Source of the DNA: Octopus bimaculoides
Lineage: Eukaryota
Length of the DNA stretch: 64,000 bases
Direction of reading: 5' to 3'
Assembly: GCF_001194135.2 (NCBI RefSeq)
Contig: NC_069000.1
Location: 41,553,536-41,617,535 of the forward strand
Shown: piece after piece, positions 11,490 to 25,929 of the stretch
How the letters are laid out: every line of letters starts with the position of its first letter
How positions within the stretch are numbered: the stretch's first letter is position 1
Notes under the pieces: model-generated
Database searches by the model: none
Told to the model about the DNA's origin: nothing
The model's input: the letters and a program-made list of their open reading frames with translations, nothing else
Translations under genes and position numbers: made by a program

Positions 11490-14400
11490 AAACAGAAAAA
11501 CAACAACAACAATAATACTTTCTACTGGAAGCACAAGGTCTCAAATTTTGGGGGTGGGTCTAAGTCGATTACATCAACCCCAGTGTGTAACTGGTACTTA
11601 TAATAATAATAATAATAATAATAATGGTTTCAAATTTTGGCACAAGGCCAGCAACTTTGGGAGGAGGTACTTACTTTTGTGAGGAGGGGACAATCAATCA
11701 CATTGACTCCAATGCTTGACTGGTACTTAATTTATTGACCACAAGAGGATGAAAGGCAAGGTCGACCTCAGTAGAATTTGAACTCAGAACATAGCGACAG
11801 ACAAAATACCACTCAGCATTTCACCCAGTGTGCTAACAATTCTGCTAGCTTGCTGCCTTAAATAATAATAATAACGATGATGATGATGATTCAGTCATCC
11901 CACAGCCATTGCCAGCCTATAACCATTTTTAGAATAATAATAATAATAATAATAATAATGATGATAAATGATTCTGACAGCCCACAGCCATTTTTATTAT
12001 AATAATAATAATAATCATCATCATCATCATCATCGTTTAACGTCTGCTTTCCATGCTAGCATGGGTTGGACGATTTGACTAAGGATTGGTGCAACCAGAT
12101 GGCTGCACCAGGCTCCAATCTGATCTGGCAGAGTTTCTACAGCTGGATGCCCTTCCTAATACCAACCACTCCGAGAGTGTAGTGGGTGCTTTTACGTGCC
12201 ACTGGCACGAAGGCCAGTCAGGCGGTACTGGCAACGGCCACGCTCAAATTGTATTTTTTACATGCCACCTGCAGAGGAGCCAGTCCAGCGGCAGTGGCAA
12301 TGACCTCGCTCAAATGTCTTTTCACGTGCCACCGGCACAAGTGCCAGTAAGGGGACACTGGTAACGGTCATGCTCAGATGGCGTTTTTTACGTGCCACCA
12401 GCATGGAAGCCAGACAGCTGCTCTGGCAATGATCACGGTCGGATGGTGCTGTTAGCGCTCCACTGGCACAGGTGCCAGTCATCGAATTTGGTTCGATTTC
12501 GATTTCACTTGCCTCAACAACAACAACAACAACAATAATAATAATAATAATGATACTGGTTTCAAATTTTGGCTTAAAGCTAGCAATCCCAGTGTTCAAC
12601 CGGTACTTATTTTATCAAGCCTTGAAGGATGAAAGACAAAGGTGACCCTGGCAGAATCTAGACTCAGAAGCATTTTACTCAGCATGCTAATGATCCTGCA
12701 AAATCACCACCTTATTTAATAAAAATAATAATAGTTTTAAATTTTGGCAAAAGAACAGCAATATTTTTAATGGAGAGAGCAAGTTGATTGCATAGACATC
12801 AGTACTAACCTACCCAAAACTATCCTGGGTCTATGATAAAAACATACTGTTTTAAAGTGATATAAATTAAAATTTTCCATCAAAGTTTCAAACTAATTTG
12901 TGTTCCAAACACCAGTTTAATAATGACAAAATTAAATTCAAACTACAACAAACGTAAACAAAGCGTTGAGATGTCTTAGAAAATTAAAGAAGTGATTTTT
13001 TAATTTCTCAACAAACGCAGGATAATGCTAATAATATAGCCTGAACAGGATAAACTACCCCTATTTTGCAGTAAAAGGTGTAGGAGGTCAGCTGTGGACA
13101 CGAACTCACATCTCCGTGATTACGCGTCACGATGCTCTGACCGATTGAGCTAAACTCCCCCACTACAGATTCCTCTGCAAATTTAAGATGTATTGAAATC
13201 TCGCTTTATGAGACACTATTATATGTTAAATTCAAATTATTTTATTAAATTCTTCAATACTTTTGAAACAAGGGCAGTATATTTCGACAAAAATATGGTA
13301 ACAGAAGGGTAAGAGTGATCTAAATTAATACCTTTTACCAAAATTTCATGTTAATTTATGTTCTAAAAACAACTTAATAATGGACGTTGGTAATCAATAT
13401 ATTATTTAGCTGTACGCATAACACATAACTTAGAAGTAGCACTACGGATGTGCCAGCACATATGAGCTTGAGATATGGCTAACCTCATGCACTTCTCATG
13501 AGGAATTTCAGAAGGAGCTTCATGAGACCACTGCTGAGACATTCCAAAAAAACAAAAAGCCATTGGAAAACCAATTATAGCAGCGACTCCATCAATTCCT
13601 AGGGATATCTGAAGAAGGAATTTTATATTCTGAAATATCATATCAGACTATAGATGATTAAATTTCAACAGTTATTAGAGTCCGTTGTTTGTATTATAGT
13701 GCGTTGCTGTGTCATTCAAAACAATTTATTCTTTAATGACAAAGTAATTTTACTAAACGCTACGTTATTTTTTTAGCCCTTAAGCATTGACAGATTACTC
13801 TGTCAATAATAGTTATTTCTTCACACTGTTTTGAATTTATCCTGCATTATCTTGGTGTGGCTGTTTATGTTTAAAACAACATTGTAGGGTAGGTGTGAAA
13901 GGTCAAATCTGGTTGATTTGAACATAAAGGAAGGAGAATATTTTGGCCAAATATGGCCAGTTGAAATCCCAAAGGGTTAAATCAGTTGAAGCAAAGAGAT
14001 GCATTTTGGTAGAATGATGGTAACAATGCTGTCCTACATCTACACAATAATGAGAGAAGGGAAATAAAATATCTACCTTTCAGTGTGAAAGGGTTATCGT
14101 CATCAGGAATGACTTCTTCCTCTTCAAAGGCCTTGTTATCATCATCATCATCAAAGTCCATTTCAAACCTTCCAAAGTCTTTGTGAATATTTGGAAACTG
14201 GAAAAAAAAAAGAGACACAACAGAAACGTGTGAATGAAGGGTTTCTAGATTTTTGCACAAATCCACAAATTTAGGCAGAAGTAAAGATCTGGTAGTTAAC
14301 TGGTAGTCAACCCCAGTACATAACTGGTACATATTTCATTATCAACCCCTATTCCAACAGGGATGAAAAATGAAATGCAAAAGGCAATACTGATCTTTGG

Positions 14401-16330
14401 AGGGTCTGAAGTGTTTTTTTTTTTTCCAAACCATGAAGTCTCATGTTCAATCACAGTCACGCTACACAGCATCTGGGCCACGTGTCTTCTTCGATAGCAC
14501 CAACCAAGTGGAATAAAGGCTGGTGAATGGATTTGAGAGAGAGAAACCAAAAGAAGCAGATCGCACGTGTATATGTGTATATATACATATATGTATGTGT
14601 GTGTGCATATATTTATATATTTGCATATCCATTATGTATGCGTGTGTGTGTGTTCAACACTTTGTATTTGCTGACCTGCCTGCCATTGTTTGACAAAACA
14701 GTGATGGTTTGTTTATGTCCCCGAAACTTAGTGGCTCGTCAGAAAGCAACGATAGACTAAGTTGCAGACTTTATCATCAAAAATGAGCACTGGGGTTGAT
14801 CTGTTTGACTTGACACTTCGAGGTAGTGCCCCAGCATGGTCACAGCTCAATTAGTGAAACAAGTAAAAGATAAAACGACAACGCTAAAAGCTCATACAAC
14901 AAAGACTACTTCTACCTTTTCTGTTGTCTCCAAGAGACGAGGCCAATAAGCTGGGTCTGATTTTGCCAGTGACATCTGTATCTTGTTTGGTTTGTGACGC
15001 ATAAAACACTTGGAGATGACCACTTTGTCATAAAGTCCATAGGTCGCTGAAACTGGTTCGTTGTTGACCACTGGCCTGAAAAGGAGAAAACAAATGTACA
15101 AAGACCATCTTGACCACATGTGAATGAGAACAAAATCTTAGAATATAAACATGCATTGGTTTCAAATTTTGACACAGGGCAGCAGCGGAACAAGAAGGAG
15201 TTTCAAATTTTAGAGAGGAGAGAAAAACTATCATTAGAATCAACTTACCGAATATGGATTGCAGTCTCCTCAAAGTCTGCAGTGAAATCTTCAGCGTGAT
15301 CCATCTCGGCTGTCACCAGTAACCGAAATTTGTTCTGGCACCAGTAAATTGCAGGGGAGCTGCAAGAAGATACCAGAAAGTAGAATGATTGAGTAAAATG
15401 TTAGATGAAGACCAACATGTTTTGGGGTTGATCAGATATAAGTAAATATATAATGAAAACCAGTTTAATCAGTTGGCAATGAATGAAATAGAAGACAGAG
15501 AGAAACTGCTCCATATAAGAGCTTTCCTATCGACACTGCCAATACTACCACTACTATCGTCACACCACAACAATTGATACAACACTATTGATCACCACTG
15601 TCACAACCACCACCACAACCACTGTCACCACTACCACCACCGTTACTGTTACCACCACCACCACCACCGTCACCATCAACACTGTCACCACCACCACCAA
15701 CGTCACTACCATCACCACTACCACCACCACCACCACCCATACATTCCAACAGGTAAATTAACACTCACCTGTTGTTTGTATCGCTGGTCGTCAGGAGGAG
15801 GCCATCGGAAGAAGGCTGTTGCTGCACATCGAGGCACGGTGTGACTCTCACAGTCAGGTTCTCAAGTAACTCTTCACAGAGTCGCAAAGAGTCTGCATCA
15901 TAACAGCTGCCAGCGGCACCACCACCACCACCACCACCACTACCATCATCATCATCAATATGATGACTACCACTATCATCATTATCAGCAGCAGCAGTAG
16001 AAGCAGAAGTCCCAACAGCAGCAACAGCAGCAACATTGGCTAAAGCTTCTTTAAAACTGAAATTAAAAACAAAGAATATATATCTATACATATAAACATA
16101 CACACACACATATTTCTCTTTTATTTCTCTTTTACTTGTTTCAGCCATTTGACTGTGGCCATGCTGGAGCACCGCTTTTTAGTCGAGCTAATCAACCCCA
16201 GGACTTATTCTTTGGAAACCTAGTACTTATTCTATCGGTCTATTTAGCTGAACCGCTAAGTTACGGGGACGTAAACACACCAGCATCGGTTGTCAAGCAA
16301 TGTTAGGGGGACAAACAGAGACACACAAAC

Positions 16331-16361
<31 letters not shown>

Positions 16362-19300
16362 TACGACAGGCTTCTTTCAGTTTCCGTCTACCAAATCCAC
16401 TCACAAGGCTTTGGTCGGCCTGAGGCTATAGTAGAAGACACTTGTCCAAGATGCCATGCAGTGGGACTGAACCTGGAACCATGTGGTTGGTAAGCAAGCT
16501 ACTTACCACACAGCCACTCCTACGCCTGCATTATTATATATAAACATGTGTGTGTGTTTATATATATATATGCATATACACACACCTACATATGCTTACG
16601 CTGGCAAAATATATTTGTACACAAACACAGAGCCATATATATACATTCTAGCACATATAGTGAGACTCACACCAGATCCTCCATACTGATGAGATCCAAC
16701 AAGATCGAAATAGCAGCAGTGTATGAACATCAAGGCATCTATAGTTGAAAGAAACGCAACAAACACAACCTACTTGCAAAAACAAAAAAAAAAAAAGACA
16801 GAAATTAAGGTGGTGCTCCATCATGGCCACAGTCAAATGGCTAAAACAAGTAAAAGAATAAAAGAATTACATGTATAAGTATGAATAAATGTATTCATAC
16901 TGTATTTGATGACAAGATGCACTTTTATTTACATTATTTACATTTGACGGATATTTCTCATCTTGTTTGTTGTTAACACAACGTTTCAGTTGATATACCC
17001 TCCAGCCTTCATCAGGTGTCTTGGGAAAATTTCAAACCTGGGTTCTCATTCCTATGGTATTTTTCGTTGTTGTTGTTGTTCTTCTTCTTCTTGTTATTGT
17101 TGTTATTATTATTATTATTATTATTCAGGTCACTGCCTGGAATCGAACTCAGAATCTTGGGGTTACTGGCCCCTGCTCTTAACCACTACACCATATGGCA
17201 TAGTGGTTGAAATAATGTAAAGATGCATTGTTGTCAGAAAAAAATTTCTGTTGTAAGAAGGAACACATTTTTTATATAATCTTATTCATGTCTAATGAGT
17301 CTTCATCATTCCCAAGAATTTCATTTTTACCCTGCTTGGGGTAATTTACCCCGATNNNNNNNNNNNNNNNNNNNNNNNNNNNNNNNNNNNNNNNNNNNNN
17401 NNNNNNNNNNNNNNNNNNNNNNNNNNNNNNNNNNNNNNNNNNNNNNNNNNNNNNNNNNNNNNNNNNNNNNNNNNNNNNNNNNNNNNNNNNNNNNNNNNNN
17501 NNNNNNNNNNNNNNNNNNNNNNNNNNNNNNNNNNNNNNNNNNNNNNNNNNNNNNNNNNNNNNNNNNNNNNNNNNNNNNNNNNNNNNNNNNNNNNNNNNNN
17601 NNNNNNNNNNNNNNNNNNNNNNNNNNNNNNNNNNNNNNNNNNNNNNNNNNNNNNNNNNNNNNNNNNNNNNNNNNNNNNNNNNNNNNNNNNNNNNNNNNNN
17701 NNNNNNNNNNNNNNNNNNNNNNNNNNNNNNNNNNNNNNNNNNNNNNNNNNNNNNNNNNNNNNNNNNNNNNNNNNNNNNNNNNNNNNNNNNNNNNNNNNNN
17801 NNNNNNNNNNNNNNNNNNNNNNNNNNNNNNNNNNNNNNNNNNNNNNNNNNNNNNNNNNNNNNNNNNNNNNNNNNNNNNNNNNNNNNNNNNNNNNNNNNNN
17901 NNNNNNNNNNNNNNNNNNNNNNNNNNNNNNNNNNNNNNNNNNNNNNNNNNNNNNNNNNNNNNNNNNNNNNNNNNNNNNNNNNNNNNNNNNNNNNNNNNNN
18001 NNNNNNNNNNNNNNNNNNNNNNNNNNNNNNNNNNNNNNNNNNNNNNNNNNNNNNNNNNNNNNNNNNNNNNNNNNNNNNNNNNNNNNNNNNNNNNNNNNNN
18101 NNNNNNNNNNNNNNNNNNNNNNNNNNNNNNNNNNNNNNNNNNNNNNNNNNNNNNNNNNNNNNNNNNNNNNNNNNNNNNNNNNNNNNNNATATATATAGTA
18201 AATCCCAAAAAATGAAGAACACCAAAAAACAACGCATGGGTGTGGTACATGTAAAGTATTAGCAGACGCTCAGGGAAGGATAGAAAGGTGGTTTTACATT
18301 TCAAGCAAAGCTCTTCTTCAGAAACAGGGGACAGAGGAAAGTCCAAGAGAAAACGAAGACGGAGGGGCAAAAAATCGTCAACGTTATATATATATATATA
18401 TGTATATTCACATCTCATCCATCACTGCTTGTTCCTATCCCAAATTTACATTTACTGCATATAAGGAAACTTCCAACAGCACCTCCTGCTGTTCACAGTC
18501 TTATTATGCGGTCCCGTTTAGTTGTGTCTTGCTAAAGCCTGGTCGGTCTCTCAAGTGTTGGTGCCATGAGAAAATGCATCCAGTACAAGTAGTTGGTAAA
18601 TGGGAAGGGCATCCAGCCTTAGAAACCAAACCAAATGACATGCACATGTACCAAGTCTTTTGAAGACTGTAGCTTTCAATGAGAGTAACTCAGACTTTGA
18701 TGACCCTTTCAACCCATACCAACATGGAAAGCAGATTGTCGTAGTCATCATCGTCGCCACCGCTGTCGTCATCTTCATTTAACGTCCAGTGTCCATGCTG
18801 GCATGGGTTGGACAGTTTAATCAGGGGTTGCACTAGACTCCAGTCTGATTTGGCATGCTCTCTGTGGCTGGCTGCCCCTCGGGTGCTTTTTAAGTGCCAC
18901 TGGCGCGGGTGCCAGTATCTGTCATCACTACGATTTCGCTAGGTTTGATGGGTCTTCTACTTGAGCACAACAAAAAACAATGACGATGATTAATAATCCA
19001 GAGAAATAATGGAACAAGGGCCTAATTTTTGGCATTCTCCAAGGACACTTACCTCATTAGAATTGGAACTATGTTCAATTCCAGGAGCAATGTTTTGCTT
19101 TTCCGGCTTTGTTCAGAAAGGTTCTTGCAGACTTGAAGACAAATATGAACACACTGCAATCAGAAGGCGAAGAGTGGGAAATGGTTACAGCATGGAATAG
19201 CATAGTATTGTACATAGTCGCAGGGTGTGGCTGTGTGGTAAGAAGCTTGCTTCTCAACCACATGGTTCTGGGTTCAGTCCCACTGTGTCGTACCTTGGGC

Positions 19301-19390
19301 AAGTGGCTCCCACAATAGCCTCAGACCGACCAAAGCCTTGTGAGTGGATTTGGTAGACAGAAACTGAAAGACGCTCATCATGTGCGTGTG

Positions 19391-19441
<51 letters not shown>

Positions 19442-19482
19442 ATTTATGTGTGTGTGTGTGTTTNNNNNNNNNNGTGCGTGTG

Positions 19483-19533
<51 letters not shown>

Positions 19534-22500
19534 ATTTATGTGTGTGTGTGTGTTTGTGTTTGTGTCCCCAGCATTGCTTGACAACCATTGTTGGTGTGTT
19601 TACATTAGCAGTTCAGCATAAGTGACCGATAGAATAAGTACTAGGCTTACAAAGAATAAGTCCTGGGGTTGATTTGTTCGACTAAAGGCGGTGCTCCAGC
19701 ATGGCCACAGTCAAATGACTGGAACAAACAAAAAGAATAAAAGAAAATAAGAATTACCTAACTTACAAGAATATGGTGAAAATTTGCCAAGTGCTGCTAT
19801 GGACTATCACAACTACAGCCTGATACCACAACTGTTGTCGCTACCACCACTACCATACAATGACTGCAAGACTACTGCTATAACCCTCATTATTACCGCC
19901 CAACACTAACTCTAATACCACCACCACCACAACAACTAAAACCTCTGCCACTCCCATCATAACTGCCATCATTGGCACTGCAACCACTACTAATTCTACC
20001 ACCACCACTACAACATCAACAACAACAGCAACAACAGTGAAATACCATTCACAAGAATAAGAAATTCATGATGGAAATGAAGAAATTGCGGAAAAACAAA
20101 ACCTGGCTGACCTACCTTGCTACACTTTCTGTCTTCGATGATCTGCAGTATGGAATGGATTGGTTTCTCACGCTTCAGTTCGTCAAGGCCACTGTGGAGG
20201 GAGAAGAAGAAGAAGAAGAAGAAGAAGAAGAAGAAGAAGATGACAACTAGTGTCAGCATCATCACCACCATCATCATCATCATCATCATCAACCACCACT
20301 ACCCTCTCCTGCTCCTCCTCCTTTCCATCACCATCCTCATCACTTCACTTCACTAACCTCCTCAATGCTATTATCGTAACCACCACCACCACCTCCTCAA
20401 CACACAAAAAAAAGAAAGGAAGATGGACAAAAAGAAGAGGGGAGGCAGAATAAAAGGAAATAGAGGAAGAAGAGGAGGTGAGGGATAGAGAGGAGGCAGA
20501 GGTGGAAGGTTAGTAATTATGACAATCTCCACAACCACCACCACCAATAACAACAACAACAACCATCATCTCTGTTACAATTGCCATATCATAACTTTCA
20601 TCACAACTTTGGCCTCAGTGTTTTGTTTTCCCTTCCTCTTCTTTAACTCTTTCATTGCCAACCCGGCTCAAACTGGCTCTGAGTACAAATGTTTTGTTTT
20701 CATAAGTTCTGAATTAAAATCTTCCACCAAACCTTAGTCAGTGTCTGTTCCTAACACTAGCTGAATGATAACTAAATTATTTCACTAAATTCTTTGTTAT
20801 ATTTAAAATTAATTGAAAGAAACACAGAGCATCTCAACAGAAATATGGTAAGGAAAGGGTTAACCTTTTCACAAAACAAAAAGTGGAAGAAAGAGAAATA
20901 AATAAAAATTACTATAAATATTTAAAAAATATTACCACAATACCTTTCCAACTTTATAAGAATACAGAACAATGACAAGTATGCTTCCAAGAGATCGTGG
21001 TCATCAACATTGACAAATTCTGCTATCAAGTGGGGGCACATGTGAGACTGGAGAAGCAGCAAACTCACCCTGGAATTGAAACAATGGTTTGGAATTACTA
21101 GTTAGAGTTAAGGAGATTGTTTATTTTAACATGAAAAATAAATTATTTAACACTAACCCTGGGGTTTTGAAAGCAAACTTAAATTTTTGACACCAAAGTG
21201 TTTAACATTAAACCTGAAGTTTTGACACCAAACCAAAGTATTTAATACCAGACAAAAGTATTTGACACCAAACCTGACGTTTTTGACACTAAAATAAAGT
21301 ATTTGCATCAAACCTGAAGTTTTGACACCAAACCAAAATATTTGATATTAAACCTCAAGTTTTTGACACCAAACTGAAGTATTTAACATGAAATCTGAAG
21401 TTTTGACACCAAACCAAAGTATTTGACATTAAACTTATGTGCTTGACACCAAACCTGAGGGTTTGAAACCAAACTGAAGTTTTTGACAGCNNNNNNNNNN
21501 NNNNNNNNNNNNNNNNNNNNNNNNNNNNNNNNNNNNNNNNNNNNNNNNNNNNNNNNNNNNNNNNNNNNNNNNNNNNNNNNNNNNNNNNNNNNNNNNNNNN
21601 NNNNNNNNNNNNNNNNNNNNNNNNNNNNNNNNNNNNNNNNNNNNNNNNNNNNNNNNNNNNNNNNNNNNNNNNNNNNNNNNNNNNNNNNNNNNNNNNNNNN
21701 NNNNNNNNNNNNNNNNNNNNNNNNNNNNNNNNNNNNNNNNNNNNNNNNNNNNNNNNNNNNNNNNNNNNNNNNNNNNNNNNNNNNNNNNNNNNNNNNNNNN
21801 NNNNNNNNNNNNNNNNNNNNNNNNNNNNNNNNNNNNNNNNNNNNNNNNNNNNNNNNNNNNNNNNNNNNNNNNNNNNNNNNNNNNNNNNNNNNNNNNNNNN
21901 NNNNNNNNNNNNNNNNNNNNNNNNNNNNNNNNNNNNNNNNNNNNNATTTGTTCAACCAGTTTTGTTCAAATCAGCCAGGTCTGGCTTCTCACACCCAACC
22001 TACAATGTCATTTTAAAATTAAACAATCACATCAATGAAATCTCAAAACTGAGATAATACATGGATAATTCAAAACAATCATCATCATCATTGTTTAACA
22101 TCTACCTTCCATGCTAGCATGGGTTGGACGATTTGACTGAGGACTGGTGAACCAGAAGGCTGCACCAGGCTCCAATCTGATTTGGTAGAGTTTCTACAGC
22201 TGGAAGCCCTTCCTAACGCCAACCACTCCGAGAGTGTAGTGGATGCTTTTACGTGCCACCGGCACAAGGGCCAGTCAGGCAGTACTGGCAACGGCCACGC
22301 TCAAAATGATATTTTTTACATGCTACCTGCAGAGGAGCCAGTCCAGCGGCAGTGGCGACGACCTCGCTTGAATGTTTTGTGAATAAATAAGGATTACATT
22401 TGACAGAGAAATCTGAATGTTAAAGGGTTAAACGAGAATTCTGTGAGAGGTCTCAATGTAATAAAATTCAAACTAGACATCAACAGGTTCAATCTCACCA

Positions 22501-25500
22501 TCCATATATATGACTTAATGAAGGACATGGGTTGTTCTTTATTTTCAGATTAATATATTTACACACACACACACACACACATGCATGCATGCATGTGCGC
22601 AAAGAGCAAGATGTTGAAGAATCATGAGAAGTCTTACGTGATATCATCCTGGCAGAGTGAGTACAACATCTGGCAAACTGATATTTTCATCTGGAAATGA
22701 ACAGAAAAATTAAATGCATGAGCAAAACAGATCAAGAAATAATGTTAGATTTTGTTAAGCTGGGAACTGTTATAGAGAGCTTTACAAAACTATATTATTA
22801 ATATTATTCATCGTTACTTGCACACTACAAGACAGATCTGTAATGATGGCTTGCATGGAAAAGCTACGGATTGGTGAAGAGAAGCTGTCAGCTGCAGCTG
22901 CGAAAAAGCAAGTCTGACGTAAGGGATCGACAGCCGACAGACCAGAATCCACACAGATGCGACCTACGCAGCCAAGACTGTCATTCTCACATTAGTCTCC
23001 ATAGCCACGGGAAGCACTGCTCAAGCCGAGCAGCCCAACCAAGACAATAAATGGACGGATGTGATACCCATGGCCAGCCATGACCGATGGTGGCCTTAGA
23101 GATCATCATCGTCGTCATCGGCGGCAGCGTTGTATGGTGACAAGATGGCAGAATCATTAGCACACAGGACAAAATGCTTAACAGTATTTCAACCATCACT
23201 ATGTTCTGAGTTCAGATTCTGCTGCAGTCAACTTTGCCTTTCATCCTTTCGGGGTTGATAAAGTACCAGTGAGACACTGGGGTCGATGTAATCGACTAGT
23301 TCCCTCCCCACAAATTTCAGGCCTTGTGCCAATAGTAGTAAGGATTATTATTATTATTATTATTATTTTCATTATTATGTTAAGGCGAAAAGCTGGCAAA
23401 ATGCTTAGTGGCATTTCGCCCATCTTTGCATTCTGAGTTCAAATCTCACCCAGGCTGACTTTGCATTTCATCGGTTCTGAGGTCAAAGAAAATAAGTACC
23501 AGTTACGCACTGGGGTCAATGCAATAAGCTATTCTCCATCTCCAAAATTTCAGGCCTTGTGCCAATAGNNNNNNNNNNNNNNNNNNNNNNNNNNNNNNNN
23601 NNNNNNNNNNNNNNNNNNNNNNNNNNNNNNNNNNNNNNNNNNNNNNNNNNNNNNNNNNNNNNNNNNNNNNNNNNNNNNNNNNNNNNNNNNNNNNNNNNNN
23701 NNNNNNNNNNNNNNNNNNNNNNNNNNNNNNNNNNNNNNNNNNNNNNNNNNNNNNNNNNNNNNNNNNNNNNNNNNNNNNNNNNNNNNNNNNNNNNNNNNNN
23801 NNNNNNNNNNNNNNNNNNNNNNNNNNNNNNNNNNNNNNNNNNNNNNNNNNNNNNNNNNNNNNNNNNNNNNNNNNNNNNNNNNNNNNNNNNNNNNNNNNNN
23901 NNNNNNNNNNNNNNNNNNNNNNNNNNNNNNNNNNNNNNNNNNNNNNNNNNNNNNNNNNNNNNNNNNNNNNNNNNNNNNNNNNNNNNNNNNNNNNNNNNNN
24001 NNNNNNNNNNNNNNNNNNNNNNNNNNNNNNNNNNNNNNNNNNNNNNNNNNNNNNNNNNNNNNNNNNNNNNNNNNNNNNNNNNNNNNNNNNNNNNNNNNNN
24101 NNNNNNNNNNNNNNNNNNNNNNNNNNNNNNNNNNNNNNNNNNNNNNNNNNNNNNNNNNNNNNNNNNNNNNNNNNNNNNNNNNNNNNNNNNNNNNNNNNNN
24201 NNNNNNNNNNNNNNNNNNNNNNNNNNNNNNNNNNNNNNNNNNNNNNNNNNNNNNNNNNNNNNNNNNNNNNNNNNNNNNNNNNNNNNNNNNNNNNNNNNNN
24301 NNNNNNNNNNNNNNNNNNNNNNNNNNNNNNNNNNNNNNNGCGTACCTTCCTTCATTGGACACTAAACTTCACTTGCGAAGACCTGTTGAGGCAAGTGAAA
24401 TCGAAATCAAGTTAAATTGGACACTAAACTCCACTTGCAATGACCTGTTGAGGCAAGTGAAATCGAAATCGAGTTAAATTCGACGACTGGCACCCATGCC
24501 AACATCGTCTCTTTCATTGGACACGAAACTCAGTATACACACACACACAACGTATGAACACATGTATACACACACAATGTATACACACATGCACACATAC
24601 ATGCATGCACATGTATGCACACACACGCATATGCACATGTATACACACACATACATGCATACACACATGTATACACAAAACTCATGCATACATGTATACA
24701 CACACACAGTCATGCATGCACACACACACACACACTTGGAAGAAAGAGTCAAAGTGTCAAAATATTGGGTTGTCCGGAAAGTTCATGCCGATTTATAGTA
24801 GCTTACCTTTCGACTTATTTGCCAAGAAACCACCTCAGTTCTGGGAAGGGTATTTTCTAGTTAAAGGAAAGATGGAGACGCATTGTGCAACAAAATGGTT
24901 CATATTTGGTTGATTAAAAATGTAATGGCAAGTATTTATTGATCTTTTTCTTTCCTCTAAAAATCAGCACAAACTTTCCAGACAACCCAATAGTTATTTA
25001 CCAACGTACCTGTCTGTAAAACTGTGCAAATCTGGAACCAGTTGTAACACTGCTTGGAGGATGGCCTCGTCTTTGTTCTAAGAAACCAGTAAGAAACGGT
25101 TATGATATTAGGGAACATGAGTGACAGAAAGAGATGATTAAGGCTTTGTTTATATTGTTCGTTAATTATATGTATGTATGTATGTTTGTATGTGTATATA
25201 TATATATATATGTTCTTCTATTCTTTTACTTGCTTAACTCATTTGACTGTGGCCATACTGAAGCACTGCCTTTAGTCGACCTCAGGACTTATTCTTTGTA
25301 AGTCTAGTACTTATTCTATTGGTCAGTTTTGCCGAACTGCTAAGTTACAGGGACATAAACACACCAACATCGGTTGTCAAGCAATCATGGGACACACACA
25401 CACATATATATACAGATGATGGGCTTCTTTAAGTTTCTGTCTACCAAATCCACTCANNNNNNNNNNNNNNNNNNNNNNNNNNNNNNNNNNNNNNNNNNNN

Positions 25501-25884
25501 NNNNNNNNNNNNNNNNNNNNNNNNNNNNNNNNNNNNNNNNNNNNNNNNNNNNNNNNNNNNNNNNNNNNNNNNNNNNNNNNNNNNNNNNNNNNNNNNNNNN
25601 NNNNNNNNNNNNNNNNNNNNNNNNNNNNNNNNNNNNNNNNNNNNNNNNNNNNNNNNNNNNNNNNNNNNNNNNNNNNNNNNNNNNNNNNNNNNNNNNNNNN
25701 NNNNNNNNNNNNNNNNNNNNNNNNNNNNNNNNNNNNNNNNNNNNNNNNNNNNNNNNNNNNNNNNNNNNNNNNNNNNNNNNNNNNNNNNNNNNNNNNNNNN
25801 NNNNNNNNNNNNNNNNNNNNNNNNNNNNNNNNNNNNNNNNNNNNNNNNNNNNNNNNNNNNNNNNNNNNNNNNNNNNNNNNNNNN

Positions 25885-25929
<45 letters not shown>

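Noticed and set aside
13402-13641. 79-aa minus-strand ORF with an acceptor-like site
   Set aside because: Wrong phase for the flanking exons and no recognisable domain
17272-18418. Long ORFs of 250-360 aa in the ORF track (also near 21.4k, 23.5k, 25.4k, 31.2k, 39k, 45.9k, 57.6k)
   Set aside because: They are runs of N translated as X, not coding sequence
19381-19560. Direct duplications flanking gaps (also 41381/41629 and 57420/57779)
   Set aside because: Identical sequence on both sides of N runs is typical of unmerged contig overlaps or collapsed repeats
19777-19806. Possible 30-nt phase 0-0 exon (QHLANFHHIL) with gtaagt donor
   Set aside because: Acceptor context is weak and it is not needed for the frame
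24807-24856. 50-nt exon-like segment with good AG and GTAAGC sites
   Set aside because: Phase 1-0 does not fit the main path (2-2); usable only in an unlikely alternative-frame route
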